A DNA stretch of 64,000 nt from Antedon mediterranea (taxonomy: Eukaryota > Animalia > Echinodermata), in contig NC_092678.1 in NCBI RefSeq assembly GCF_964355755.1, positions 16,969,881 to 17,033,880 on the forward strand, given 5' to 3'. Below, piece after piece: positions 12,601-25,500 of the stretch. Positions within the stretch are counted from its first letter, which is position 1, and each line of letters starts with the position of its first letter. The translations under genes and the position numbers were made by a program. The notes below the pieces were generated by a model. It had not been told where the DNA came from and did not search any database. It was given only the letters and a program-made list of their open reading frames with translations.

Positions 12601-15600
12601 ATTACTAAAATCAGGAGTACACAACACTGGTATATCAGCAGGGCTTTCCTTGAGCAAATATGGAAGTGTGTCCATTTCTCTTGCACATTCACACCAAGTA
12701 CAATCCGTTGACCAGTTCTTATAGGACATGATGCATTTTCCGGTTTGAGCCAAAACAAACTTAAACTGGTGTGGTTTGCTGTGGTAACGTATGTCTTGCA
12801 TGTATGGTACTAACCAGTTCTTAATGTCATGCAGATAGGAAATGATACTTGATGTAATCGGCAACTTTTTGTACGAGTTTTCAACAGCACTTCGAAGATG
12901 ATCAAGTGTAGATGCTCTATATTTGTTCAGGTATTTGGCCACACATGAAAATAATTGGTCAATATCCTCGTGAGTGTGACCCACCATTAAAAACCCAATC
13001 TTTATCTGAAAGAGTAAAAGAAGTAATGATTTAAAATTAAAACTTTTCAAAGCAAAATAAAAAAAATACATTTTTAGTATATTTCCATTTTTTCCTCATC
13101 TAGTTAGACTAGAATGTTATTGAATATTTTATGTCTTTAGATAATTACCAATAGTAAATTAATTACTGTCCTATTAGGCTGGTGGAAATCACCCAACACA
13201 GGGGATATTTTGTGGTGAACGAGAACAGGGTAAATGAATGATGAACTGGGTTCTTTAAAGTGCACTGTGTATACTGTTTTATTATTTATATATCATTTAT
13301 AAATGTATAGTCATTTACCTTTCGAAAAATCTTTAACGCTACAAGAAGAGCACATAGGGCAAAAACAAATCTGTTTTTATTATCCTTTCCGCTATTGTCC
13401 AACTGCAGATATAAGACTGGTGGTAGAGGTTGTATCTCTGACAGCACCGTCAGTATAATGTTGCAGGTTAGGTTTGAGTCATGTGGAAACTGCTTTAGGT
13501 CAATGAAGCAGTGCCCATGTCGCCCATGTACCAGAACACCAGTTACATGTGTGGCTAGTTTCCACATCTTCGACGTTTCTTTTGATTCGCAAGCAAAAGA
13601 TGGTAAATCAGTCTTGCTTTGGTCCATTCCATCGATAATTATTGACAAATACTTGTTGGGATTCTGTCTTGCTTTCTGCATAATTATGTTTATAGTACTT
13701 TCGACGTTCAATACTGAAAAATTAAAATCATATGTTTATAGTTTTATTTTGCATTTAATAATAAATTTTTGTTTTGTTTAGTTATATGTTATCTATTAGC
13801 CGATGACAAGATGAGACAATGCTTTACTTCTAATCTATTAAAATTATTGATTAAATGTAGAGGTTTTTTATATAATAATGATTTTGTTTATCTTTTCTCT
13901 TTTTTTGTTTACAACCACTTTTATTCATTCATTGTTCATACACAATAATTATTTTCATTTTCTACCATTTTTCCCCGTTATTTTCTGTTTTATTTCAATC
14001 ACTCTTAATTTTATTAAGTTAGAATTATTTTTAAAAACACTAATAATACTATAGAGGAGGTATACAGTGGAAGCAATAATTATTTTTCCTATCTATGGTA
14101 ATACCGGGTATACAAGTTCAACAGAATTTCTTGTTGAAAGGTTTAAACTACTGGTTTTGTACACAAAATAGGTAGGCATACTTACTTTTGTTTTCGTAAA
14201 TGCTTCTCTCTCTTCATCATTAGTATTTGCCGTTTTTGCTTTTGATTTGTCTTGTGCAGCTTAAATTTAATTCTGGTGCATTTGCTGCATTTTGCAAAAC
14301 GATTTTCCTATTAAAAAAATTGAAAAAATACAGCACGTAAAAATATAAAATTAAACAAATTTTGCATTCAATATAGTGAATGTAGGGAAGGAGTTGTGAG
14401 GCCCATCATACATGCATCTGGATTGTACAGTATGTTTTTCCAGTATTTTATTATGAATGAAAATTGAACCTACAGGACTTTCTGTATAACATTGAAGTGA
14501 ATTTATAAAAATACGTTAAAAAATACTTCAGTCAATGAAGATGACATGGATTTTGTCCATTGGTACAAACCATAATAAGTGTAAAAACGTAAACATACCT
14601 CAGGCATTACAATATGCTTGAATTCAACACACCAAAACTTGTAGAATGTCGCTAATGCACACACATCTTCATTTCTTAGCTCAAACTCATCTTTCATATG
14701 CATGTACACATCATGTTTGGTAAGCGTTGATGGTAGATGGATTTGTCCATTAGTTGGCATTTGATCACCGTATTCATTACAAAATTTAATAAACCAAGCC
14801 CGACACTGTTGAGTTGAATTGCTATATACCATCTTTCTGGTGAAGTTGGGTGGTAAAAGATAACAGCATCCTTCTGAAAAGAAATAAAATGTAAATTTCA
14901 AATATTAGGAATTTCAAATACTGTACTATTTTATTATTGTTTGGTTTAATCCATTGATTAATGACTTATGATCATTTTGCATTATCTTTCTAACATAGTG
15001 TTAAGCATATTAATTTTATTGTGTAAAAATAATTAAACAATAATCAAATGCATTCTATTCATTTAAAAAAAAGTTATTCTCCACTCCTCGTCAGATCATG
15101 CCTATGTCCCTGTATAATACAACTATAAGTATAATGGAAAGTAATCTTCACACAGTCACAGTAATCTTTCCGTTTCAGCAACATTAAAACACATACATTA
15201 AAAGTAATATTAACAGCATGTAAAATTAAATAATGTAAAATGTACTGTAAAACTAAACAATTAATTACCAATAGCTTGCTTCCTTATTTTGTAAAAAGTT
15301 GACCGGCCAATACCATTTACTAACATCCATGCTTTTGCACAAACTTTGTTAGCACCAACTAGTAGACAGATTTTGGTGGCACCTCCGGATGTGCTGAGAT
15401 GTTCATTGAAATATTTAAGGATCCAACAGCGTTGTTCATATTCGGTCATTGCTTGAAATGCTTCCCTTGTTTGTTTTATTTCTCTAAAATGTAGCATACC
15501 AATGCACATTAATGCACAACAGCAGGTCAAATACAAGTTGTGTATTGGCTGTAGGTGATTCCTTTTCCTTTTTTCTACAGAAAGAATAAACTTGCATTAT

Positions 15601-16475
15601 CCATTGGCAAAAAAAACAAACAAACAAAATAACAATTATATGGTACCAATTGCGGAAAATGTGATCAGTCAATACGGTTTCAGAAGTTTATGAGGTTACG
15701 TAAAACTAGGTGACTAATTCGCATTAATATATAGATACTTTTAATTCTTTGACAAACAATTTTTTTTTCGGTTCAGATAATTCAATTTCAATTTTCGAGT
15801 GTTCAATTACAGGTTGTGCAGGTGCCTTGTTCATTAGACAGTTGTACCTATTTACATACCATACAGACATAACATTAGAACCTGACCATAGAATCAGACA
15901 CAAATGGAAACAACCAGCAATTTCCATATCTTTTAGGTACAGCACAACCATCAACATCAAGCACTATTTAATAAAAGTAGTTTTAAAAATTAATGACATA
16001 TCAAACTTACCACTACGCTTACTTGTGTGATTAGAGATTTTAATCTCATCATCACTTGATCCAGATGAATTAAGGTAATTAGTTTCTACAGTCTCTAGGC
16101 CTCCTGTATTTCTCTTGCAGGCTAAATAAAAATATAGTAGTTTAATATTTATAGCAGCCTATGCAACATACATGTACAGTAATTCTTCATTTGGGGTAAC
16201 TGGTGATTGATAGCAGACATTTTCAAATTTTGGATAGTGGAAGATAATATTTTGATCCAGGAGCTATAGGCTTTATGGGAGGTTATTACCATTTATCCTT
16301 TTTTTTTTCACCATTATTCTCATCGTTATTAATAATGAGGTTTTTGTTGTATTTTGTTATTTCTGAAGAATGCACCTTTGTAATTATTAAGTATGCTAAT
16401 GATTTAAAGGTGTAGTAGGGAAGTAAATCTAAATAAATAAACTAGCCTCTATAGAGGATACTAATATCTACTGGC

Positions 16476-16516
<41 letters not shown>

Positions 16517-19500
16517 TTATTAGGCTGGCTGCTTAAAAGGTAATTCCCTACCCAAGCCTAGATGAAGTTTTGTATAAAGTTGGTAGGAGCCCTACTAAGA
16601 AAGGTTAGCAAAAGCTCATGGTTAATGTTATTGCTACTGACCTGCTGATATGTCATCATCGGAAGTATCGACATCGGAAGTATCGACATCTGTTGTAGAA
16701 ACCTCCCATGCTTTTCTCTCTGCTGCTGGAGGAACTTTGGTAGTTGTTACTAGACAAACAGAGTCTATGTTGTAATCAGAAAATGTGCAATTTAAACTAT
16801 TATTATAGAAATAATTAGATACACTTATTGTTTAAAAGGGACTGCTAATTTCAATTTTTTATTTTATGATTCCAGATCAATTATTTATTTTACATATCAA
16901 AATAATTTCTTTTTTTTCCAGTAAAAAACCCTTGCCAAGGGGACATTATTTTGTTCCTGAAGCCTTAATAGGGGTTATACTGAACGTAACTAGAGGTGGT
17001 CCAGTGAAATAGAAAACGTTAACAATGCAAACTTCTTTGTTAAGAACAATCTCAACGCACACAATTGTGTTATAAGTACGGAAAGGTAAATCAACAAAAA
17101 AAAAACTATACTCAACGATAAATGTCCCAATCGAATACGACATTGCTACCTCCCAGATCGGGCCCATAAAAACATAGGGATAGGCCTAGAGGCGGCCTCT
17201 ACTCTAACCTAGTAAATAACTACATAACATGTCATTGTATTGTTAAAGTTACTGACCTGCTGACTCTGTCGGTATGTCATCATCAGAAGTATCGACATCT
17301 GTTGTAGAAACCTCCCATGCTTTTCTCTTTGCTGCTGGAGGAACTTCGGTAGTCGAAATCCCAGTAGGTGACCCTTCTGTATCATCAACAGCAGAACATC
17401 CATTATTGATTGATTGAATTGAACCGTTCCCACGTACAATTAGGCCTACTTCATCATCTTCACTTGAAGAATAGTAAAGCATACGCTCAGTTGGATAAGC
17501 AGTGCTGTGTGTTGTTGTTACTTGACAAACAGATTCTGTATCGTAATCAGAAAAATTTGCAATTTGATTAAATTATTATCATACATAATTAATTAGATAT
17601 TAAATCAAGAATGATTCCACCGAAATTTTGAGTTAAAATAACGATAGTGAAGCATATGAATAGGCAAACTGCCTAAAAATTGACATGTTTTGAGAAACTA
17701 TTCTCATCTTCCACCAGAACAGAAAACAACGCCTAGGCTTAGAGTACTTATATACCAATAGGACAGGTTGTATGTAAATGAGGAAGTAATTAGCATGATA
17801 AAACAACAAGGAATGTAGGCAACAAACAATCATATGGCAAGCGTGACGCCTATTCATCAAATGCCTCACTATCGTTATTTTAAATAATTAATTATATGCC
17901 ACACATCGTAAAATATTATTGAAAATGTGTATGTTTGATCTCTTCTTTGGGACACCCTTTCCCACAAACAAGTGGATATAGGCCTAGGCCTATTAAGGGG
18001 GCCGGCACACATTTTGAGTGTAGGCCTACCTGGCAAATGGTTGATTACCCCTATTAAGTTTTTTCTATCCCAAACACAGTACAGTACTACATACTAAAAT
18101 TCCCATATGAATAGGCCTAGGCTAGAGCCTATCTCTAGCTAGGCTTAGTAATAAGTAATATTTACTAGGCCCAGGCCTAGGGCCTAGTACTAGGCCTAGT
18201 AGTAGTAAATAACTAGGCCTCTAGGCCTACCTAGGTATGAACATTCATTGTTGTAGGCTAGCCTAGGCCTATTGTATTGTTACTCACCTGCTGCTGCTGA
18301 CTCTGTCTGTAGGCCTATGTCATCATCAGAAGTATCGAAATATGTTGAAGAAACCTCCCATGCTTTTCTCTTTGCTGCTGGAAGAACTTCGGGCGCTAGT
18401 TCCGTTTCGCACCTGTCATTTATTTCGACTCAAAATGTGTTAAGAAACTTTATCGTGAGTACCACACCTTAGAATTAGGCCTCAAAAATACTTTTACGAA
18501 GGAGATCACACAAAAAGTGACAAATAAATGCTTTAAATTGATGAATTTACAGACGTGTTTCTCGCACATCGGTTCGTCAATTTCGCATACGCCATGTTCA
18601 ATGTTGTTGTTTCTATGGAGCGCCAAAAGAGCAATTATAATAGAGGGCTAAAAACTCAATATAATGCGTATATTTAATGCATTTATTGGTGAAAATTACG
18701 TTCAATTTTAATATATTTTGCCAATGTCAATGCAACGAAAATGTTACTGTTGATACCCTACATGGTTTTCGCAGTTTTCGTTAACTTTTAAGGATGAAAA
18801 TCGACAAATTCATCATCCATATGCATGCATGTACTGTAGTTTTTTTACCTCAATGATCTAAATAATATTCGCCCTCTTAGTCTTAGGCCTAGGCTAGGTA
18901 GTGATGCTGATTTAGGCCTAGGGTTTTGTTGCATTGACATTGACAAACTATATTAAACGTAGTTTAGGCCTAAATCAGCATCACTACCTAGCCTAGGCCT
19001 AAGACTAAGAGGAATATTATTTAGATCATGAGGTATAAAAACTACAGTACATGCATGTATATGGATGATGAATTTGTCGATTTTCATTCTTAAAAGTTAA
19101 CGAAAACTGCGAAAACCATGTAGGGTATCAACAGTAACATTTTTGTTGCATTGACATTGGCAAAATATATTAAAATTGAACGTAATTTTCACCAATAAAT
19201 GCATTAAATATACGCATTATATTGAGTTTTTAGCCCTCTATTATAATTGCTCTTTTGGCGCTCCATAGAAACAACAACATTGAACATGGCGTATGCAAAA
19301 TTGACGAACCGATGTGCGAGAAACGCGTCTGTAAATTCATCAATTTAAAGCATTTATTTGTCACTTTTTGTGTGATCTCCTTCGTAAAAGTATTTTTGAG
19401 GCCTACTTCTAAGGTGTGGTACTCACGATAAAGTTTCTTAACACATTTTGAGTCGAAATAAATGACAGGTGCGAAACGGAACTAGCGCCGAACTTCGGTA

Positions 19501-22500
19501 GTCGGAAGAACTTCGGTAGTCGAAATCCCAGTAGGCGACCCTTCTGTATCATCTACTCCTAGGACTAGGCCTAGGCCTTAGGCCTTCTTCATCGTCTTCA
19601 CTTGAATAAACGATATAATCAAAAGTATAGCTCTAGCGGCGCGCCATACAAAATACCGGAAGTTGATTTTATCGCGACCGATTTCAAACGCGACCGATTT
19701 CAAGCGCGACCGATTTCATCTGACACCTTCTGTCGTGCCATCATCAGAAAATGTGATATTCATAATGTTATTATCGTAGAAATATGCATCGTCTTCGCTT
19801 GAGTATTGAAGCATTAGCTCAGAGTCGCTTATCATGTTCATGATTTAACAAATTGATAAAAGAAATGAACAATATACGGTTTTATGTTCATTTAACCGTC
19901 ATTCGCATCTAATCTTTGGAAAAAGCGCGAACGAATTTGATTGGCTGCTGATCAACGTTATATTTCATGTGACGTCGTCAACGTCCAAAGCAATTATAAT
20001 ACTGTACTTTATTCATTTAAAAAATTTAGGATCAACCTGAGTTTTCGGAATGTATTGAATATAGGACTATTCCATTATTATTTATAGGGGTGTTAGTCAA
20101 TATGTTGGGTTGGGTGTGCCAGGCTTGTTGAGGCTTCTATTGTTCGTGTCATTGTGCCAATTGTTTTGTATTTCACTGTGTTTGATAAAAACAAACAAAA
20201 AACTGCTGCTATAGTTAGCCTATGTGTCTTTAAATTATATCGTATTTTACACTATATTTATATAGCCTATAGGCCCTAACATGTTTTTTACCGTCAACAG
20301 TTAAATCATATCATGTTTTATTTTACATTTCATGTAATATTATTAGATGTTTTTTTTTCTCAACAGCCGAATCAAGTTATATAGCCTCTTACAAATAACA
20401 AGAAAAAATACATTCAAACGTTATTCACAATAAGGAGAAAACATATACAACTTATTTAATTTATGTTTTAATTTATATAAATCCAAAGGAAAATTACTGA
20501 AACAACGACAATGATGTGGGTATCAGTGGCTGGATCTCAATAGAGATACAAAAAAAAAAGCGAAAAGCTAAATCAAAACGATAAAGTAAAACAGCCAGAA
20601 AAACAATTTATATAAATACATCCATGTTTGTTTTTTTCTCAACAGTTTATGACTTTAACAAATTCAGTACACTTAAAGGCATAAGATTAAGCAAAACATA
20701 CATTGTGTAACATATTTAATTTAAGGTACAGTATATATGTTTTATTTCATCGACCCAGTTTTAAGTGTTATTTAGTAGTGTCATGTTTGGTTCAACTCAA
20801 TGAGTTAGCAATGTTCGTGAGGGCCTACACTGTTAAAAAAATTCTTATAAAAAAACTGTAAATTACTGGCAATCTGGACGCCAGTTATTTACCGTAATGT
20901 AGAATTAATTACAGGTACTGTTGAAAATAAATTACTGTAAAACTACAGTAAATTACTGTTGGTCATAAAGTCGGTTGTCTACCGTAATGTAGAATCACAG
21001 GTACTGTTGAAAATAAATTACTGTAAAACTACAAATTACTGTTAACTTGAAAGTCGGATGTCAACTATAACGTAAAATCACAGGTACCGTTTCTAATAAA
21101 TTACTACAGTATAATTACTGTTAATCTGAAAGTCTGTTTGTCAACAATAACGTAAAATCACGGGTACCATAAAACTACGTAAAATTACTGTCGATTTCAA
21201 AGGAAGTGGTCTACCATTAATGTAGAATAATGTTGATAAATAACTGTAAAACTACATTAAAATTACTGTAGATTTCAATGGTCAATGGTAATGTAAAATC
21301 ACAGGTACCGTTATTAATAAATTACTGTAAAAGATTCAGTGAATGCCAACCAAACAAAATATTACAAAAATATAAATACCATACAAACAAAATAAATACA
21401 TGCCAATAATCTTATTTCATGCCTTATATTAAAATGACCATCAAATAAATGGAAGGTTTATTCCAGAGTACAGGACCTGGATGTGGTAGATGGACACTTA
21501 ACAATGAGAATTATATCGTCGGCCAAGAATGAGTATTTTTATCAATAAAAAATATTAATCTCTTTCTCTTTGAAATCTTTTGTAAGTTCATTTATATATA
21601 ATATTAACAGAATTAGAAAGAGAGAGAGACAGCCTTTGTGGGTTGAAAAAAATGGATAATTTTCAATATAAATCCAAATTACTGAAAAAAAGACAATGTT
21701 GTGGGTATCAGTGTGGCAGTGGGTATCAGTGGCTTGATCTTAATAAAGATACAAAATAATATAAATAAAAAGCTAAATCTAAACGATACAATTTAAACAA
21801 CTAGACAAAATTAGCAGAGCTTTCGGGCAAAACTAGCCCTTCATCAGTGTGTAGAAATCAAGCGCTGCCTGAGTGGACTGGAATAAAAGAAATAAAACAA
21901 AAGAGGCATAATGCTGGTGAAAAGAGTGAGATTAGAAAACAATAAATATAGCTTGGTATATATAAACAATTTAGAAATTGAATTAAAAATCAACTCAAAT
22001 GGTGGTTAATATTGAAACATTACATTTAGGTAGTCGATGGAATAATTTTACCGATCTGGGAATATGTTCCTAATGTTAAGTCAAAATATTTCGTGGTTTT
22101 AAGTAGTAATTCCAAGTGGTTTTCATGGTTCTCTCTCCAGCTGATCCTGACACAAAAACTAAAATAGTCAGAAATAAAATTGCAGAACTTTCTCTCATGC
22201 AACACACACTAACCCTTCCCCAGTACAGGATATATAGGGCCTACACTGTTAAAAAAATTCTTATAAAAAAACTGTAAATTACTGGCAATCTGGACGCCAG
22301 TAATTTACCGTAATGTAGAATTACAGGTACTGTTGAAAATAAATTACTGTAAAACTACAGTAAATTACTGTTGGTCATAAAGTCGGTTTTCTACCGTAAT
22401 GTAGAATCACAGGTACTGTTGAAAATAAATTACTGTAAAACTACAAATTACTGTTAACTTGAAAGTCGGATGTCAACTATAACGTAAAATCACAGGTACC

Positions 22501-25500
22501 GTTTCTAATAAATTACTACAGTATAATTACTGTTAATCTGAAAGTCTGTTTGTCAACAATAACGTAAAATCACGGGTACCATACAACTACGTAAAATTAC
22601 TGTCGATTTCAAAGGAAGTGGTCTACCATTAATGTAGAATAATGTTGATAAATAACTGTAAAACTACATTCAAATTACTGTCGATTTCAATGGTCAATGG
22701 TAATGTAAAATCACAGGTACCGTTATTAATAAATTACTGTAAAAGATTCAGTGAATTCCAACCAAACAAAATATTACAAAAATATAAATACCATACAAAC
22801 AAAATAAATACATGCCAATAATCTTATTTCATGCCTTATATTAAAATGACCATCAAATAAATGGAAGGTTTATTCCAGAGTACAGGACCTGGATGTGGTA
22901 GATGGACACTTAACAGTAAACCACAGTAAGAATGTTGTTGATCCAATAACAGGAGTCCACACTCAAAACATAGAATCCTACTGGAATCGTGAAAAATTAA
23001 AGTTAAAAAGAATAGGTGTAAACGGGAATGGTTACCGGAATACCTTGACGAATTTATGTGGCGAGAAAGATATGGCATAATATAAATTAAACAGATTAAG
23101 TAAGTTAAAATAGTATATGTTCCTTGTGCCTTATTAAATAATGTTAAAGTCTTGTGCCTTATATTTGAATAAAGTTTGAAGAATGTATCTTTCGATCTAA
23201 CGATTTTTTTCTTGTTGTTTGTAGAGGCTATTTGCAACTGTTGAGAAAAAACCAAACATGGATGTATTTATATAAATTAAAACATAAATTGGATATTTTA
23301 TATAAATTAAAACATAAATTAAATAAGATTAAAATGTATATGAATCTTTTTCTTGATATTTTCTTGTTATTTGTAGAGGCTACTTGATTTAACATGTTAG
23401 GGCCTATAGGCTACTGTATATAGTGTAAAATACGATATAATTTACAGACACATAATAAAAGCTATAGGCTAACTACAGCAGCAGTTTTTTGTTTGTTTTT
23501 ATCAAACACAGTGAAATACAAAACAATTGGCACAATGACACGAACAATAGAAGCCTCAACAAGCCTGGCACACCCAACCCAACATATTGACTAACACCCC
23601 TATAAATAATAATGGAATAGTCCTATATTCAAATACATGCCGAAAACTCGGGTTGATCCCTAGTTTTTAATCTTTCTCAGTTTACTTTTAATAATGCTTT
23701 GTTTTTTTACGTTTTGTTTTATATTTGAAGATATCAAATTTGTCAGTGGTTTGTCATGACAAATTATACTTTTTAAATATTTTTTTTTATGGTTTTTATG
23801 TATATTTTTTAAAAAATATAATTATGTTTATTTACTCTTGTTGCACATCTCCCTCATTGAGACTGTGCCTCTGATAAAGAGATACAAAAAAATTCATAAC
23901 ATAATTAACTGTACGCCACATTAAATCTTAAAAAAAAAGTTTATATAAACTTTAGATTCTATCATCAGAACACTTCCCCTATTATGATCAAATCATCTTT
24001 CATGTAAACTTGGCCTATTTTTCAGAAATGAATATCCTTATAGTAATACGATGAGTGGTAAGTTCAGAGCTTGGGATTTTTTTAGGAAACAATGAGTTTG
24101 AAAGAATCCCAATTTGATTGGTCAAAATTATCGCTACTTATACGTCCGCTATAGATGGCGCTTTTTTTCATACAGATAACTACATAAACAGAACACAATT
24201 ATTAATGAATAATTAATAATATTAAAGAACCAATTCTTTTAATTATTCCTTGTCTAAAAATTGTCCCCATGTATGGCAAGATATTCCTAATTTTATCGTA
24301 TATCATCTTTAATTGTCTGTACACACGAACCATGTTATCTGTATATTTAAATGATTGTTCACACAATTTATTATATCTTATGTATTTTTATTGTTTTACT
24401 AAGTTTTATGATTGAAATGCAGTATAGATAACCAATTCGATAGTGCTTAGCACTCAAGAAAGGAAATCCCCAGGTTGCTTTGTTGCGTTGTTTGACTGCA
24501 TGAAAATTTAATAAAATAATTCTGTTCGATCCTTTTCCTTCATCTATATAGATTGTGTTTTTGTAATTTATGTGTGCATGCTATACATGTTAGCTTCGTC
24601 TATGAATTTGTTACCGATTGGCTATTTCCTTTGATTGTTAATGCGTTGGTGGTTGGTTACAATCAGGCCTGCATATTATTTTTCAAAATTATAACATTTT
24701 AAATTTTGTTGTAAATTGATGCTTTCAATAATGATTGTAGATCATTTTCACTATTTCCAATGAGAATTATATCGTCGGCCAAGAATGAGTCTTTTTATCA
24801 ATAAAAAATATTAATCTCTTTCTCTTTGAAATCTTTTGTAAGTTCATTTATATATAATATTAACAGAATTAGAGAGAGAGAGAGAGACAGCCTTTGTGGG
24901 TTGAAAAAAATGGATAATTTTCAATATAAATCCAAATTACTGAAAAAAAGACAATGCTGTGGGTATCAGTGTGGCTGTGGGTATCAGTGGCTTGATCTTA
25001 ATAAAGATACAAAATAATATAAACAAAAAGCTAAATCTAAACGATACAATTTAAACAACTAGACAAAATTAGCAGAGCTTTCGGGAAAAACTAGCCCTTC
25101 ATCAGTGTGTAGAAATCAAGCGCTACCTGAGTGGACTGGAATAAAAGAAATAAAACAAAAGAGGCATAATGCTGGTGAAAAGAGTGAGATTAGAAAACAA
25201 TAAAGATAGCTTGGTATATATAAACAATTTAGAAATTGAATTAAAAATCAACTCAAATGGTGGTTAATATTGAAATTATTAAATTTAGGTAGTCGATGGA
25301 ATAATTTTACCGATCTGGGAATATGTTCCTAATGTTAAGTCAAAATATTTCGTGGTTTTAAGTAGTAATTCCAAGTGGTTTTCATGGTCTGCCCTGTCGT
25401 GAAAGAACATCTCAATTGACACATTTTAAAAAAGCTTTTTGGGCAATTTAGGGAATGATACACCTTGTGGTGCATTCGGATTTTCAATTACTTGCAATTA

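Larger units (their letters stand above)
11423..19647 (-). pseudogene. Intron-containing DDD transposase gene of the DUF7869/Sola-like type, disrupted
   Basis: Exons 15574-15269, 14873-14599, 14307-14186, 13713-13319, 13005-12489, 12073-11946, 11752-11423 splice with consistent phases. Motifs GDQMP..HLP, FAKCSKC, ERRKYYKH, IIIDGMDQSK, LYLQLDNSGKDNKN, FLMVGHTHEDIDQLFS. Frameshift near 13681-13685. Acidic 5' exons near 16010-16102, 16642-16790, 17257-17560 and 18288-19647 are less certain. The superfamily label is from memory. Confidence 0.85.
20029..23660. mobile_element. Element bounded by long inverted repeats and containing a Merlin transposase remnant
   Basis: 20029-20285 is the reverse complement of about 23390-23660 (GGATCAACC.GAGTTTTCGG), with more diverged subterminal similarity further inward; no clean TSD found. 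Confidence 0.7.

Noticed and set aside
12422-13781. Plus-strand ORFs of 100 and 128 aa
   Set aside because: Antisense shadows of transposase exons
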